A stretch of 62,024 nucleotides of DNA, counting the filler, from Rhabdomonas costata (lineage: Eukaryota): NCBI GenBank assembly GCA_019059605.1. It is 21 parts of 21 records of this genome, joined end to end, with 100 filler letters (N's around TTAATTAATTAA, not from the genome) between each part and the next. Parts side by side here need not be neighbours in the genome. Positions count along the whole stretch, not along the records: positions 1 to 2,859 come from JAHMHO010001867.1; positions 2,960 to 5,818 come from JAHMHO010001868.1; positions 5,919 to 8,835 come from JAHMHO010001869.1; positions 8,936 to 11,800 come from JAHMHO010001870.1; positions 11,901 to 14,758 come from JAHMHO010001871.1; 16 more parts are not named here. One strand, given 5' to 3'. This document shows, in pieces, positions 1-12,309 of the stretch; position 1 is the first letter of the stretch, and each line of letters opens with the position of its first letter. The notes beneath the pieces were generated by a model. It worked only from the letters and a program-made list of their open reading frames with translations. It was not told where the DNA came from and searched no databases. Position numbers and translations under genes: made by a program.

Positions 1-833
1 GTTGGGTTGGGGGCGAAGGCATCGGCACCCTCTGACTTAAGCGTGTTTCTGAAGGTCCCATCGCTGAAGGTTTCCACACAACGGCTTGCTCGGCGGCATG
101 AGGCTGTGTGGGGTGTGCCATCGGAGGTGGCAATGGAACGTGCGTCGGGAAGTGACTTTCTTAACGCGCAGCTTGTAGAGGCGACAGAGGCCAACGCGGA
201 TCTTGTGGTTCACTCTGTTGACGTGGAAACCCTCAAACGGTGACTGCGGAAGTTTTGAAATAAAAGTTGGGGAATCCTAAATGGATTGATTTCAAGGTCC
301 TCATCGGAGTTCCAGGGAGTCAGCTCCGGCAAAAACGAGATGCGAGTGGGTGGCGAGAAGCTCGTTCTGGGCACTGCTCCCAGGATACCCTTCGCACTCT
401 CTGTGGCCGTTGAATCATACCCAAATGTCCTCCTGTGTGGGATTCGCAACCCTTGCCCTCAGCTTTTCGCGATGGTGGAGTGTGGACCGCGGGCAAAATT
501 CGCAGCTACGAGGAATCATTTACAAGTCCGCATCTCCGGTTCTTTTTCGGGGGAAGAGAGAAAATGGGGTTCCCTCGATGCCCACTGTCTGCTTCACTCA
601 GTGCATCAGTGGGATCATAAATCAGTGGGAATCTTGCGGTCAGTGAGGTGATTCAGACACAAATTCCAGACCAGACCAGATTGGCAACACAACATTAGCA
701 AAACCCGAACTGTTGCAAAGTGTTCGTAAGCTGTTCATAGAGCTGTGATAGGGACGTTCCCTTAACATCCTTCAGCCTTCCGCTTCCGTTTGTCGCTGAT
801 TCGCAGTCTCACAACCTCTTTCGTCTTAAATGC

Positions 834-2610
834 ATGGCCAGCTTTTTCTGCCCTGGAGGTGCAATTCTAGCGGCGTTTCTTCTCGCTGGGCTGCTGGGAC
901 TGTCGCCCAGATGGCGAGTCCCTGTAAGAGCGGCCTGGCCCTCCTCTCCTTTTGCTGTCCTTCCCGTGCCCTCCTCCGCAGACCCTTCCACAGAGCTCCG
1001 AGCAACACCCTCGCGCTGCTTGCACGGTGCAGTGCGAGAATGGGCCCCCAGTGTCTCCCTTCCTGTGGGACCATGTGTACTGATGGAGGGCTTTCGGGTG
1101 GAGCCCGTGTGGGCCTGGCTGACCGCCCACTGCAATGGTACAGGGGGCGACAACAACGACAAGCAAGGGACCGCGAGGTGGAGTCTGTCCAAGTTGGAGT
1201 CGGAGTTGCCCTCAACGATTCTGGGGACGGGCTTCCGATTCCGGACGAAAGGTATATGAGGGAAGATGCTCACCTCGGGGCAAGTACAAAAACAAGGGGA
1301 TAGCACGTAGCAAATGAACGTCCTAACAATCTGCCTGCATATCTAACTAGCCGCCTGCCCACCTACCTTCCTTCCTTCTTTCCCTTTTGAAGGAATATCT
1401 GTGGTCTATGCCCCGGCCTGGACACCCGGAGATCTTATGGTTGTGCTCAAGCGGGTGCTCCCGAAGAATTCTAGTGAGGACAGGCTCGTGGTGGCAAACA
1501 CAGGGCTGTGGTAATAACCCCCCGCCCCTCCTTCATGCTCCTTAGTGCTCGCGTGGTGCGTGGTTAGTTTGTGCATCGTTAGTTTCTTTTTGCTTGCGTT
1601 CTGCCTTCGCACCGAAGATTGCTCCTAAAAGCAGCTATTTCAGCGTTGTTGGGGCTTTTTTTATGGGGGGGGGGTCCACATCTTTTCGTGCTTATTTTTG
1701 CAGAGGCTGTGTGTGCAGACTATATCCACCTGCATACCATTTGTTTTTAGGGTCCCTCAGCGTGATTGGCTGTTGGCTGTTGGCGTCTTCTTGAATGCTG
1801 GAATGTGCGTTTCCGAGCCGGCAAATGTAACCACATGGTTTGAATCGAGGATTGCATGATTTCTGTGGTCGTTATTCTCTTTTTCTGGGGTGGGGGGCTC
1901 TTCTGTCAGGGCCTTGGCTGGGCGCCGAAACTTGGCAAAGATCCGCAAGCGGTATCCCGCCGTGAGCGAGCTGGCGGTGCCTAGTTATTCTGCGGCAGCC
2001 TTTCAGCGGGAGATGCACCTTCTCTTCGGTTTGATGCGAGTTGTTGTAGCACTACCGGGCTCATTTCTATGGGCTCAGGGCCTCAGGGACCCGTACGTCG
2101 GGCACATTCGTCCCTCATAAAAGTGGGATAGTGGGATAGTGGGATAGTGAGCGAAATCACATGAGAGCGATGTTCCGCACGCCCGCGCGCCATACTTATT
2201 GAGTTTTCTGTCCCAAGTGTTTTCACGAAATGGTTCTGAAGCCTCCTCTGAAGCCGCCTTAGAGCGCCTTCCCTCACTTTGCCGTGCTTTTCGTTAGAGC
2301 ACTGATAGTTTCCCGTTCGGCTTTTTCTTTTGTTGTGATTATGACATTGGTGCCCTTCGTCTTTATCGCACCCCGGTCTTCATGTCCGCTTCATTGCGAT
2401 GGCTTGCCTCACATTATTGCATTTCATGTTTTCTCTCCATTTCGCAACTGCATGCAAGACATCTCTCTTCACCACCCTTTCTCACAGCAATGCCTGAGGT
2501 CCGAAAGGCTGCCGCGCTGCCCTGCGGGCTGTTCTTCCGGGAACTGTTTACGGCGCAGTTCGGCTCGCCGACGCCCCGGGGCTTCGACCGCACCCTGACC
2601 AACACCAATA
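834..2610 (+). CDS. Multi-exon type II membrane/secreted protein, PC-esterase/SGNH-like (partial)
   Basis: Exons 834-1251, 1393-1510 and 1910-~1976 join in frame at GT-AG sites; a further exon lies at ~2488-2610 (junction unresolved). N-terminal hydrophobic anchor AILAAFLLAGLLGL. DRLVVANTGLW and LFFRELFTAQF resemble PC-esterase/TBL blocks. No GDS motif seen. Confidence 0.45.
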
Positions 2611-2859
2611 TCTTGGCCCACAACAATCTATTCTGGAAGCTGTGTGCATGCACGACATTCCCGTGCGTGTGGGTTGTATGGTTTCATCACTCTCCATTCC
2701 TCGCCCCGCGCACTTGAGGATCAATGAAAGAATGGAAGGAAAGAAAAACACGACTTTTAGAGCGCGGAGGGGTGTGTGTCGGCTATGGTATTTAGTTTGT
2801 CTTTGGGCTTACCCTAACCGTATGAAGGAAAAGCTGAGAATGTGTGTTTAACAAAAACA

Positions 2860-2959
2860 NNNNNNNNNNNNNNNNNNNNNNNNNNNNNNNNNNNNNNNNN
2901 NNNTTAATTAATTAANNNNNNNNNNNNNNNNNNNNNNNNNNNNNNNNNNNNNNNNNNNN
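2860..2959. other. Artificial contig spacer (first of 20)
   Basis: 100-nt N run with a central TTAATTAATTAA (stops in all six frames). Contigs: 1-2859, 2960-5818, 5919-8835, 8936-11800, 11901-14758, 14859-17714, 17815-20669, 20770-23627, 23728-26586, 26687-29542, 29643-32502, 32603-35456, 35557-38409, 38510-41362, 41463-44315, 44416-47268, 47369-50220, 50321-53168, 53269-56121, 56222-59073, 59174-62024. Confidence 0.98.
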
Positions 2960-3364
2960 GTTTTTGTTTTTAGGGTTCGAACAACAGTAACAGTGCAGAA
3001 TGTTAACCTCTCATATCTCTCTGACGGTCCTTCTCGTAAATTGCTCGTGTGGTGTTGCAACCCAGCCGCTTCAAGAACTCCTTTGATTGTGCAGCAGTGC
3101 GATGCTTTGACCTTTGTCAAAAAGAAAAATCGAAATTCCATTTGCTCCCCCCCCCGTGTTTATTCGTGTGTGTTCCAGCACTGTGCTGGTGCCTGCACTG
3201 ATACCCTGCATGCCTTGCTGCCGTGAACTTCTTGTTTAAAAAAATCGAATCACGAAAAAATAAACTTGCATCGAGAGAACGTACCCCTTCAAACTATTCA
3301 GTCTGAAATTTTTTTTCAGTTTGAAGTTTCGAAGGGGGGTTCTTCAGGGAGGGTGGAGGGAACC

Positions 3365-5051
3365 CAACTCAACGAACACGAAACCGTTGGAAGCAGCACT
3401 GGAATTGACAATGTAACGCCCAGTCGAGGTTCCCGAGGTGCATAAGGGAAGCAGGTGGGCCCAGTCATAAGAGGTTGACGTGCCACAAACTAAAGGAACC
3501 GACTTTGCCACCACAATGGCCGGGAATATGTTGAAACCTAAGAAAAGTATACATACTTTTCCAGAGCAACTGGACGCAAAATACACCCCAGTTACCCGGA
3601 AGCCGGAAAAGAGGTCAGCCAGGGAAAGGAACATATAAAGACCGACTCCTCCATGCACGCTGTACTCGCGAATGTGGTCGTAGTTCTGCGAGCGAAGTTC
3701 AACTCGCAGGATGTATGCCCCCTTCACGCGAAGCACCGGAATTTGGGCAAAATAGTTGCAGGCTCCCTGGTGCACGACCTCCAACCCGAACATTTCTGGA
3801 CCTGTCACCGCAAAGCGAAACAAACCCCGGTTTAAACCCAAAATACAAAATTCCAGTCTAAGGGCACATGCACCACAAGTGTTCACAAACAAATTCATTC
3901 TAGGGGAGCAGAAGCAATTCAGTCTAAGAAGAAATTCAGTCTGAGGGAACAGAAGCAGCCAACATCGTTCATAGTTCCCCAATAGTCAACAAACTCAACA
4001 GCAGGCAGCATGGATAACAATACCCCCCCCCCCGAAAAAAAAAGAGCCCATAAAAAGCTCTTCTTGAAGTTGTCTAAATTTGTTTTTGTTGTTAAACCCA
4101 GCCCCTAAAGTGCTAAGCTGTGCAGTGAAGCTATTTTTTTTTGCAGAAAGGTCAAAATGTGGCTCTTGCAAGGGTTGTACAGTTTTTTTTGAAACATCTG
4201 CTTCACAATATCGTCACCACCGGAGTTCAGGAGTTCGGCAACAAACAAACAGTACAAGGAGGAACAAAAAGATGGGAAGGGGTTTGTTCGATTTTGTCGA
4301 CAAGCCAAAATAGGGGAAGGAGGTCGAAAGATGCCTTGAACGATGCGGGCCTGCAGTAAATCAGGACCCATTCGAAGATACACCGCCGCTGCCTCTGCAA
4401 CTTTGGACACAGGGGTGCTTGTCGCATTGCACGAGCCCACAGTGCGCCAAATCGAAAGGTTTCCAGAACAGGAGCAAGACGAAAAGCACACCAGGCCTTC
4501 GAACGCGACGTTTGCTTTTGAATCAAGGGAACGGCAGGTCTTTTCACGGTTCAGGAAAGACTTCTCTGGGTTCAACAATGCCACGAGATGTTGCGCGTTA
4601 CTTTTAGTGAACATCCCTAGCGGTACGCGACTGGTACACGATCATCACTGAAGGATTTAACGCCTTGCTAGCATCCCGGTCCGGCACTGTGTGAACAAAA
4701 GTTACATTACTACATTTACTGTTCGGTTCAATGTTTCATGAACACGGTGGGACGGCGTTGTTGACCACTTTGTTGACCATTTTTCAGAAAGTCGATCACC
4801 GTTGCAACCATGGGAAGACAAAGTGACACCAGAAACATAAAAAGAACGAAAGACAATAATTCAGACTCCGCAATGGAATTTTCGTGGCAATGAAAAAACT
4901 CCTTCACGGTCTTTCCTATGGACCTTTTGCAAGGGTAAGCGGATGCTGCTGAAGACAAGCTGTTTGGCAAAGCCACTGCCGCAAAACCAGCCAAGTTCAA
5001 GCGAACGCACAGGCAAGCAGCTGTCATCGCCACCGCAAGAAGACTAGTCAT
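3365..5051 (-). CDS. Multi-exon NXPE/PC-esterase-like protein (partial)
   Basis: Putative signal anchor MTSLLAVAMTAACLCV. Spliced RMGPDLLQARIVQG|PEMFGLEVVHQGACNYFAQIPVLRVKGAYILRVEL resembles the NXPE Ig-like region (GGD..ar..gp...V.d.gnG.Y). Exon 3537-~3365 has LPLCTSGTSTGRY, like the C...GRW motif preceding PC-esterase domains. Confidence 0.5.
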
Positions 5052-5218
5052 TTGACGAGAAGGCATCAAACTGTTTCATGGAGAAAAAGAGATATACTGA
5101 GGTGCAGCAACAAGGTGGTGGATTATGTCAAAAACAGACGAAAATGGAGGTGCAACTTTCGAAACTCAGCCGATGCCCACACGTTTCAAACCGAAAGTCA
5201 CCAAGCTCTTCCGCTGCT

Positions 5219-5231
5219 TCTCTCTTCTCTC

Positions 5232-5278
<47 letters not shown>
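5219..5278. repeat. (CT)n microsatellite
   Basis: Imperfect CT dinucleotide run seen directly. Confidence 0.9.
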
Positions 5279-6090
5279 GTGACGTCCCTGTCTGTGGTGG
5301 TTTCCTCCCATTCAAGCGCTCAGACTCACTCAGACGCGAAGCGAGAACAACAGTGGATAAAAGGACGTCCCAGGTCAACACACTTCCAAACCTGTTGCTG
5401 CACACCGTCGCCGCCTCAAGGGTGGAGCTTCTACTACTCAGGTTCGAAAAAGGGATGCAGCTCGCAACCCGCATTTCCTGCGGCAGGCAACCTGGGCCTC
5501 TTGCCGAACACGCTCGCGTCCGAATGCGCGAAACCGTAGGCTCACTGCAGCAGAAACCGAACGGCCTTACAGATCAAGGCCGGAAGGTGCTCTGAGGCCA
5601 GCCCGGCCAGCAGCCTGCAGCAGAGCGGGAGCACGTGGATCCACTTAGGCCGCTTAGGCAAGAGCTTACGCCGCCGCACTCCCTTTGGCGGTCAGCATCT
5701 GATACGCCAGGGTCACCTTTACCTCGGCTTCGCCTGAAGCAGCTTCAGGCAATCCGCGCGATCCCGCCTGCCCGTTCAAATCCCACAGGCAGAGCAGCTA
5801 TGAGGTCCACCCCAACACNNNNNNNNNNNNNNNNNNNNNNNNNNNNNNNNNNNNNNNNNNNNTTAATTAATTAANNNNNNNNNNNNNNNNNNNNNNNNNN
5901 NNNNNNNNNNNNNNNNNNCGGCTTCATTTCCGTGGGGAGGGAGCTGTGGGGCCGAATCCCTCGTCTTGGCTTCCGGGATTCCAGGCGGAGCAGCTATCCT
6001 GGGAGGCGGTTAGCAACCCGGTTCGTGCCTGGTGAAGCGGTCCAGTGATGTGGACGTTCGGGTGTGACCTCAAAGCAGAGGCGCTAAGTA

Positions 6091-6330
6091 TGTAATTTCC
6101 TTCGGAACCTTAGTTTCCCCATTAAAGCATCACAGCAAGTGCTTGATGTTCTGGACCTGGGGGCTAAGGTCCCAGGTGGAGCGCGCCAAAGGCCTAGGGC
6201 GTGTGCTCAGGGACCTCGACCTCGCTCGAAAAGGAGCGGTTATGCACCCGTCGCCTGTCGCCTGATCGGAAGGGGCAGTTCTGAAACCGAACCCAGCTCT
6301 CGAGAGGGCCGCCTGAGCTTGGAAATTACG
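6091..6330 (+). ncRNA. Candidate structured non-coding RNA or structured element, unassigned
   Basis: 10-bp closing stem 6091-6100/6321-6330, at least six internal hairpins and two further long-range helices; several G-U pairs favour the + strand. Confidence 0.35.
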
Positions 6331-7264
6331 GTCCTTTGCGTGACAGAACGACTCGTGAAACGACTTCAGCTTTTAAGGGACTGGCGTTGGCCTCTATCGG
6401 AACTTAACTTGTGTAGCTTACCCTTTTTAACCTTTAATGAGAGGCATAATTTGCAAGAAAACGAACCATGAAGACGAACGCCTGCAACACATCCCGACCA
6501 TGGACAAACTGGTAAGATCTTCAGTTGCTTTTTGTGACGTAGTTTACACTGCAGGACGTTGTGACGCAGTAGGGGCCCGAGCTCGCAAAGCGGCTGCGGG
6601 ATTCCGTGAAAGCAGCGCCCACTTGAGGAAGTCATGCCAGCCTTGTCTCGTCGTTTCTGCGCATAAACCTGGACACAGGGCTGACGGTGTTGTGAGGAGG
6701 TGCTGCGCTGCGCCACGCGCCACAAGAACCTAGGAGCTTTGTGGAGATACAGCCATAAGGGTGTTTTGTCTGGAGACATATAAGAGTGAGAGAAAGTGCC
6801 AAGGACGCTGGGAGGCAAGGTTGCAGTAAGTCCGTGGTAATGTGCCCCGTCCACCACGACACCGCAGCTGAGCAAAACAAAGCTTCGCGGACGAAGTTTT
6901 TTCTGCACATCAGGAGTACGACCAACAACGCCCCCCAATTTCAGTTTCAATTACACCAACCACCAAAACCTAGCACAACAGAATCCCGTTCTACCGTGTT
7001 ACGCCCTTTCTTGCCTAAGCACGTTCCTGGTTTTTTCATTCATTGGTTCTCCTAACGGCAAAGGGTTCTTCTTTTCTCTTTAGGGAGGTTGTGAACAACG
7101 GCATTCCGCGCCTCCCTACCAGGCGGCTCGCCATCCCGCCCCCACCGCGGACGCTGGAGGCGGAGGTTATCTTTGTGGTCAAATTTAGCGCTTTTTGGCA
7201 TTCTCACGAGTACAGGCTGGTTTGGATACATTTTTTTTTGCTAGGGGGTGACCGCTTCAGTTGC

Positions 7265-8730
<1,466 letters not shown>

Positions 8731-8752
8731 GTGGGCTTTCCACGCGTGCACC

Positions 8753-8755
<3 letters not shown>

Positions 8756-8802
<47 letters not shown>
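8756..8802. repeat. (CA)n microsatellite in a DDX3 intron
   Basis: Long CA run. Shorter CA/GT runs occur at ~9181, 22873, 26203, 48781, 49934 and 50125. Confidence 0.9.
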
Positions 8803-8805
<3 letters not shown>

Positions 8806-9330
8806 GCACCCAAACCACCAACCACACCCACCACANNNNNNNNNNNNNNNNNNNNNNNNNNNNNNNNNNNNNNNNNNNNTTAATTAATTAANNNNNNNNN
8901 NNNNNNNNNNNNNNNNNNNNNNNNNNNNNNNNNNNTGTTGTGTTTTTGCACTGGGGATCAGCTGGATGCTGTCGGTGCCGCTGTCGCGGCTGGCGTTTGG
9001 GATGGACTGCCTGGTATCCCCGTGTTGTATGTGTGTATGTTTGTATTTAGCGGAGCGCAGTGGCTTTAGTGGCTTCGAGTGGGGCAGCGAAAAGCACACT
9101 GCAAACTGTACCGTCACTAGGCTGCAAATCGTCCAGTGATGGCGAAGCGCAGCTGCTGTGGAGCTGGGCGCACGCACCCGCACACACACACACACACACA
9201 CTCGCGGCAATGTGGAACTGGCCACGGAGGTGTTCAAGGCAGTGCGTCAGGCCCAAGACACCCTCGAGGATCCAGCGAAGCGAAAGCAATATGACGCACG
9301 ACGGACCGCATCGACAAGGGCGAAAAGAGA

Positions 9331-11156
9331 ATGAAGCCCAGCAACCGCCGAACCATACTTGAACCAGGCAGCTTCCCCGGATCAATGCTTGTGGGCAATA
9401 CTCCTCACCCCATTGAGGTGCCCCTGAGGCCGGTGACTGAGACCCCTGCGGAACGCATCCGAATGTGTGGGATGTCCTCCCTCTTACATGAGCTGATGAT
9501 TTTGATCGTGCGGGGCGATGTTCAAAACCCTGACGCTTTGTTCGCGCAGCTGCAAAAGGCCGTGAGGTCCATCGATAATTGGGCTGCACAAAACAAGGCC
9601 GGAGTGACGGCGTTGGAGGAAGCGGGAGGATTCCTCCCAGTGTGCTTGGACCACATTGCGGTTATCGTTGGGAGGAAAGATTTGATAGATTCCCAAGCAA
9701 ACGAGCTCGTTGCTCGTTGCTTGAAGTTTTTTGTTGATCTCTTGTGCATCAACTCCCTCGACGGTTTTCGGAGTGATCTGCTGAAGATGCTGCAGGGCTC
9801 GTCGATTTGTAGTCAGTTCCCACGACCCCAAGGACTGGACCGACGTCCACATGCCCACAGTGGGCGGGGTCATCCACAGCAGCAGCATTGCGGATTTGAA
9901 GCGAGCGTTGGAAACGGGTCTGGGGCGGAAACTGAACATCGCGTGCTTTCTAGCCGTGTCGCTGGCATGCGGGGCGTAAATGTGGCGAGTCAAGCGTTTG
10001 ACCCTACGGTGGGTCAGGTTCTTGGTGGCGCTGTCGTTTGCTCGCTTGCCTTGGCATTGGCGACTGCCACGGTCACCCGCGCATTGCTTCCCATCCTGGG
10101 TTGCGGGAATATTGGCGGGTTAGCGGGCGTTTTGACGGTTAAAACCGTCGTTGCGAGTGTGATGAATTCGTTGATCTGCGCTGACACGCTGACGGATGCC
10201 GCTCGTCATGTCAATTCGGTGGATGCGTATGACCTCATCTTCTCGTTGTCGATTTTGGATACCATTCTCCATTATTCTAGAACCCCGAACATCTCTCACC
10301 TGAAGTCAGCCGTGCAACTGGAGACTGCCGCCTTTTTGGCCGATTTCGGTACCCGAATGAACGACACTTTCAAGAACTTCGCCGCGCCTTACATCAGCTC
10401 TTGTGTGTCTCCGATTCTCGAGATCCGCCGAACTCTGCTAAAGTCTCTGTCATTCGTTGTGAGCATTGTTGGGGCGCCGAAGGCAGGAAAGACGGAGCTT
10501 CTGGCGGAGTGCCTGGGCTTCACAGAAGACCTACAAGGGCAGGAGGTGAGGTACGGGGAAAGCCACCGCACCACGGAGATTCGCTCGTACGGCTCGGAGG
10601 CCTTCCCGGGTGTGCTGTTCCGCGACTTCCCTGGCATCGGCGACGCAACGTTAGACATTGCGCTGACTTCTGGGGTGGCGCAGTGGCAGGAGCTGGTCAT
10701 GTCCACGGGGATGATTGCTGTGTTGAAGATCAACGACCGCTGGGAGCTCACCCACAAGGTGCTGGAGCAGCTCCAGCACCGCAGGCTTCCCTGCTTCATC
10801 CTGGTGCACTGCGTGGACCTCTTTCAGGAGTTTCAGCGCGATGTTCGGCGCGAGAGGAGAAGGCTGCGGATGGCGCTGTGCGACGAGGACCTCCACAAGG
10901 AAGCCTTGGAGAGGCCGATGCTGCACTACCGCAAATTCCGCAATCGCCCTCAGTGCCTGCACGCGACGGTGAGAATGTCCTGCCAGGCGACATGGAGGAG
11001 GATAATCACCACCGGGATGACATCTCGTTCCTCGCGAGGAACACCGAGGGGGGCTACCTGAAGCTTTCCGGGTTGAGGGCGGCTCTGGTGAAGTGGATGA
11101 AAGACGTGGCGCTGCAAGCGGAGATGGACAGCGTGGCGCAAAACCTGTGCGCCTGA
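9331..11156 (+). CDS. Intronless protein with a hydrophobic mid-region and a C-terminal TRAFAC-class P-loop GTPase domain (apparent frameshifts)
   Basis: 576-aa ORF with G1 VSIVGAPKAGKT, G2 RTT, G3 FRDFPGIGD and a variant G4 LVHCVD. The C-terminus continues in another frame (GGYLKLSGLRAALVKWMKDV...stop at 11156). Confidence 0.7.
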
Positions 11157-11428
11157 CTCCCCCCCCCCCCAATGAATTGGGAATCTGGGAAGGGGATTCC
11201 TCTTGATTAACTTTGGTCGTTTGAATATGGGGGAGATGCCTTTGGAGAAGGGTTCAACCTGTGCCTTCTTTTGGTGTTCTTGGCAAGTCCTCCGGCGGTT
11301 GGAGCGGTGTGGGCAGTGTCTTGCCTCGCATGTGATTTTTGGTTTGGGGTGGTCTTCATTGTGCTGTCCAAGTTCATGCCCAGCGTTTCGCTTTCCCTGT
11401 TGTGTGGTTTTTTGCCCACGTCCCTTTT

Positions 11429-11800
11429 CAGGGACGGCGACATAATGTCGGCGGGGGCAGGGGCCCCGGCCGACAACAAAAAGCTCCGGTTACCCAGCCG
11501 ACCTGTCAAAATCAAAACGGCCCAAAATCCAATAAAGGACAAAATTCAAAAAGGACAAAATTCAAAAAAAAAAAAGGACATAATTCAGGGACTTTTTTCA
11601 AAAACATACCCTCAGTTGAAACCTTCTCTGGGGGAACCCTGCTTCCCAAATCGCCCCGTTTTTTCTCCCAAACGATGGCAAATATGCCTGAGAATCCATG
11701 TGAAATGCAAAATTTTTGAAAAAAAATTTAGGTTTTGAAAAATAAAACACGTTTGAAAAAGGACAAAAAGCAAAATTAAAGAACAAAATTCAAAAAAAAC
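11429..11800. mobile_element. Possible terminus of a non-autonomous DNA transposon with subterminal repeats
   Basis: Begins CAGGGACGGC, has a GC hairpin at ~11447-11475, then repeated AAAGGACAAAATTC-like units (~11535-11590, ~11758-11795). The other end is not in the contig. Confidence 0.3.
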
Positions 11801-12309
11801 NNNNNNNNNNNNNNNNNNNNNNNNNNNNNNNNNNNNNNNNNNNNTTAATTAATTAANNNNNNNNNNNNNNNNNNNNNNNNNNNNNNNNNNNNNNNNNNNN
11901 GTTTTTGGGTTTGTTTCGAGCCCTTGTAATTTATCTCTGCCGCCCTTCTCACGCCTCTCCCCCGGTAACGTAATGGCCTCTTGTGTTATTTTGTTGCAAA
12001 AAAAACATTATTGCATTGCCTTTTTTTGCGTACGCTGAACACTCTGTGCGCTGGACTAAAGTATATTTGGTCTGTATGTATACGTGCCCCCGGAATCACT
12101 TTCTTGATCACTTTCTTGTTCTTCGTGCATGAGGCATTGTTTTGTGCTGCAGAACAATGGGCATTATTCTCTTTTGAACAGAATTCTGGAGTCGCTCACG
12201 TAAAAAAAATGAACTTGGCAATGACTACTAATTGTCTCTGGAAATCCGTCCGTGCGACGAGTGTGTAGCAGGCCAGGCGATTAAAATGTAGAAGGGGAAT
12301 ACAATGTAC

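Noticed and set aside
5770..5790. GTTCAAATCCC as a tRNA T-arm or B-box
   Set aside because: The T-stem does not pair, and no acceptor stem or cloverleaf is present.
6064..6090. GACCTCAAAGCAG as the 5' end of LSU rRNA
   Set aside because: The conserved ACCCGCTGAACTTAAGC block does not follow.
8812..8835. CA/GT-rich contig ends as telomeres of ~2.9-kb nanochromosomes
   Set aside because: The orientation is opposite to telomeres (the C/A strand runs toward the 3' end), there is no fixed unit, and genes are cut mid-way. Uniform length is better explained by size-sorted contigs.
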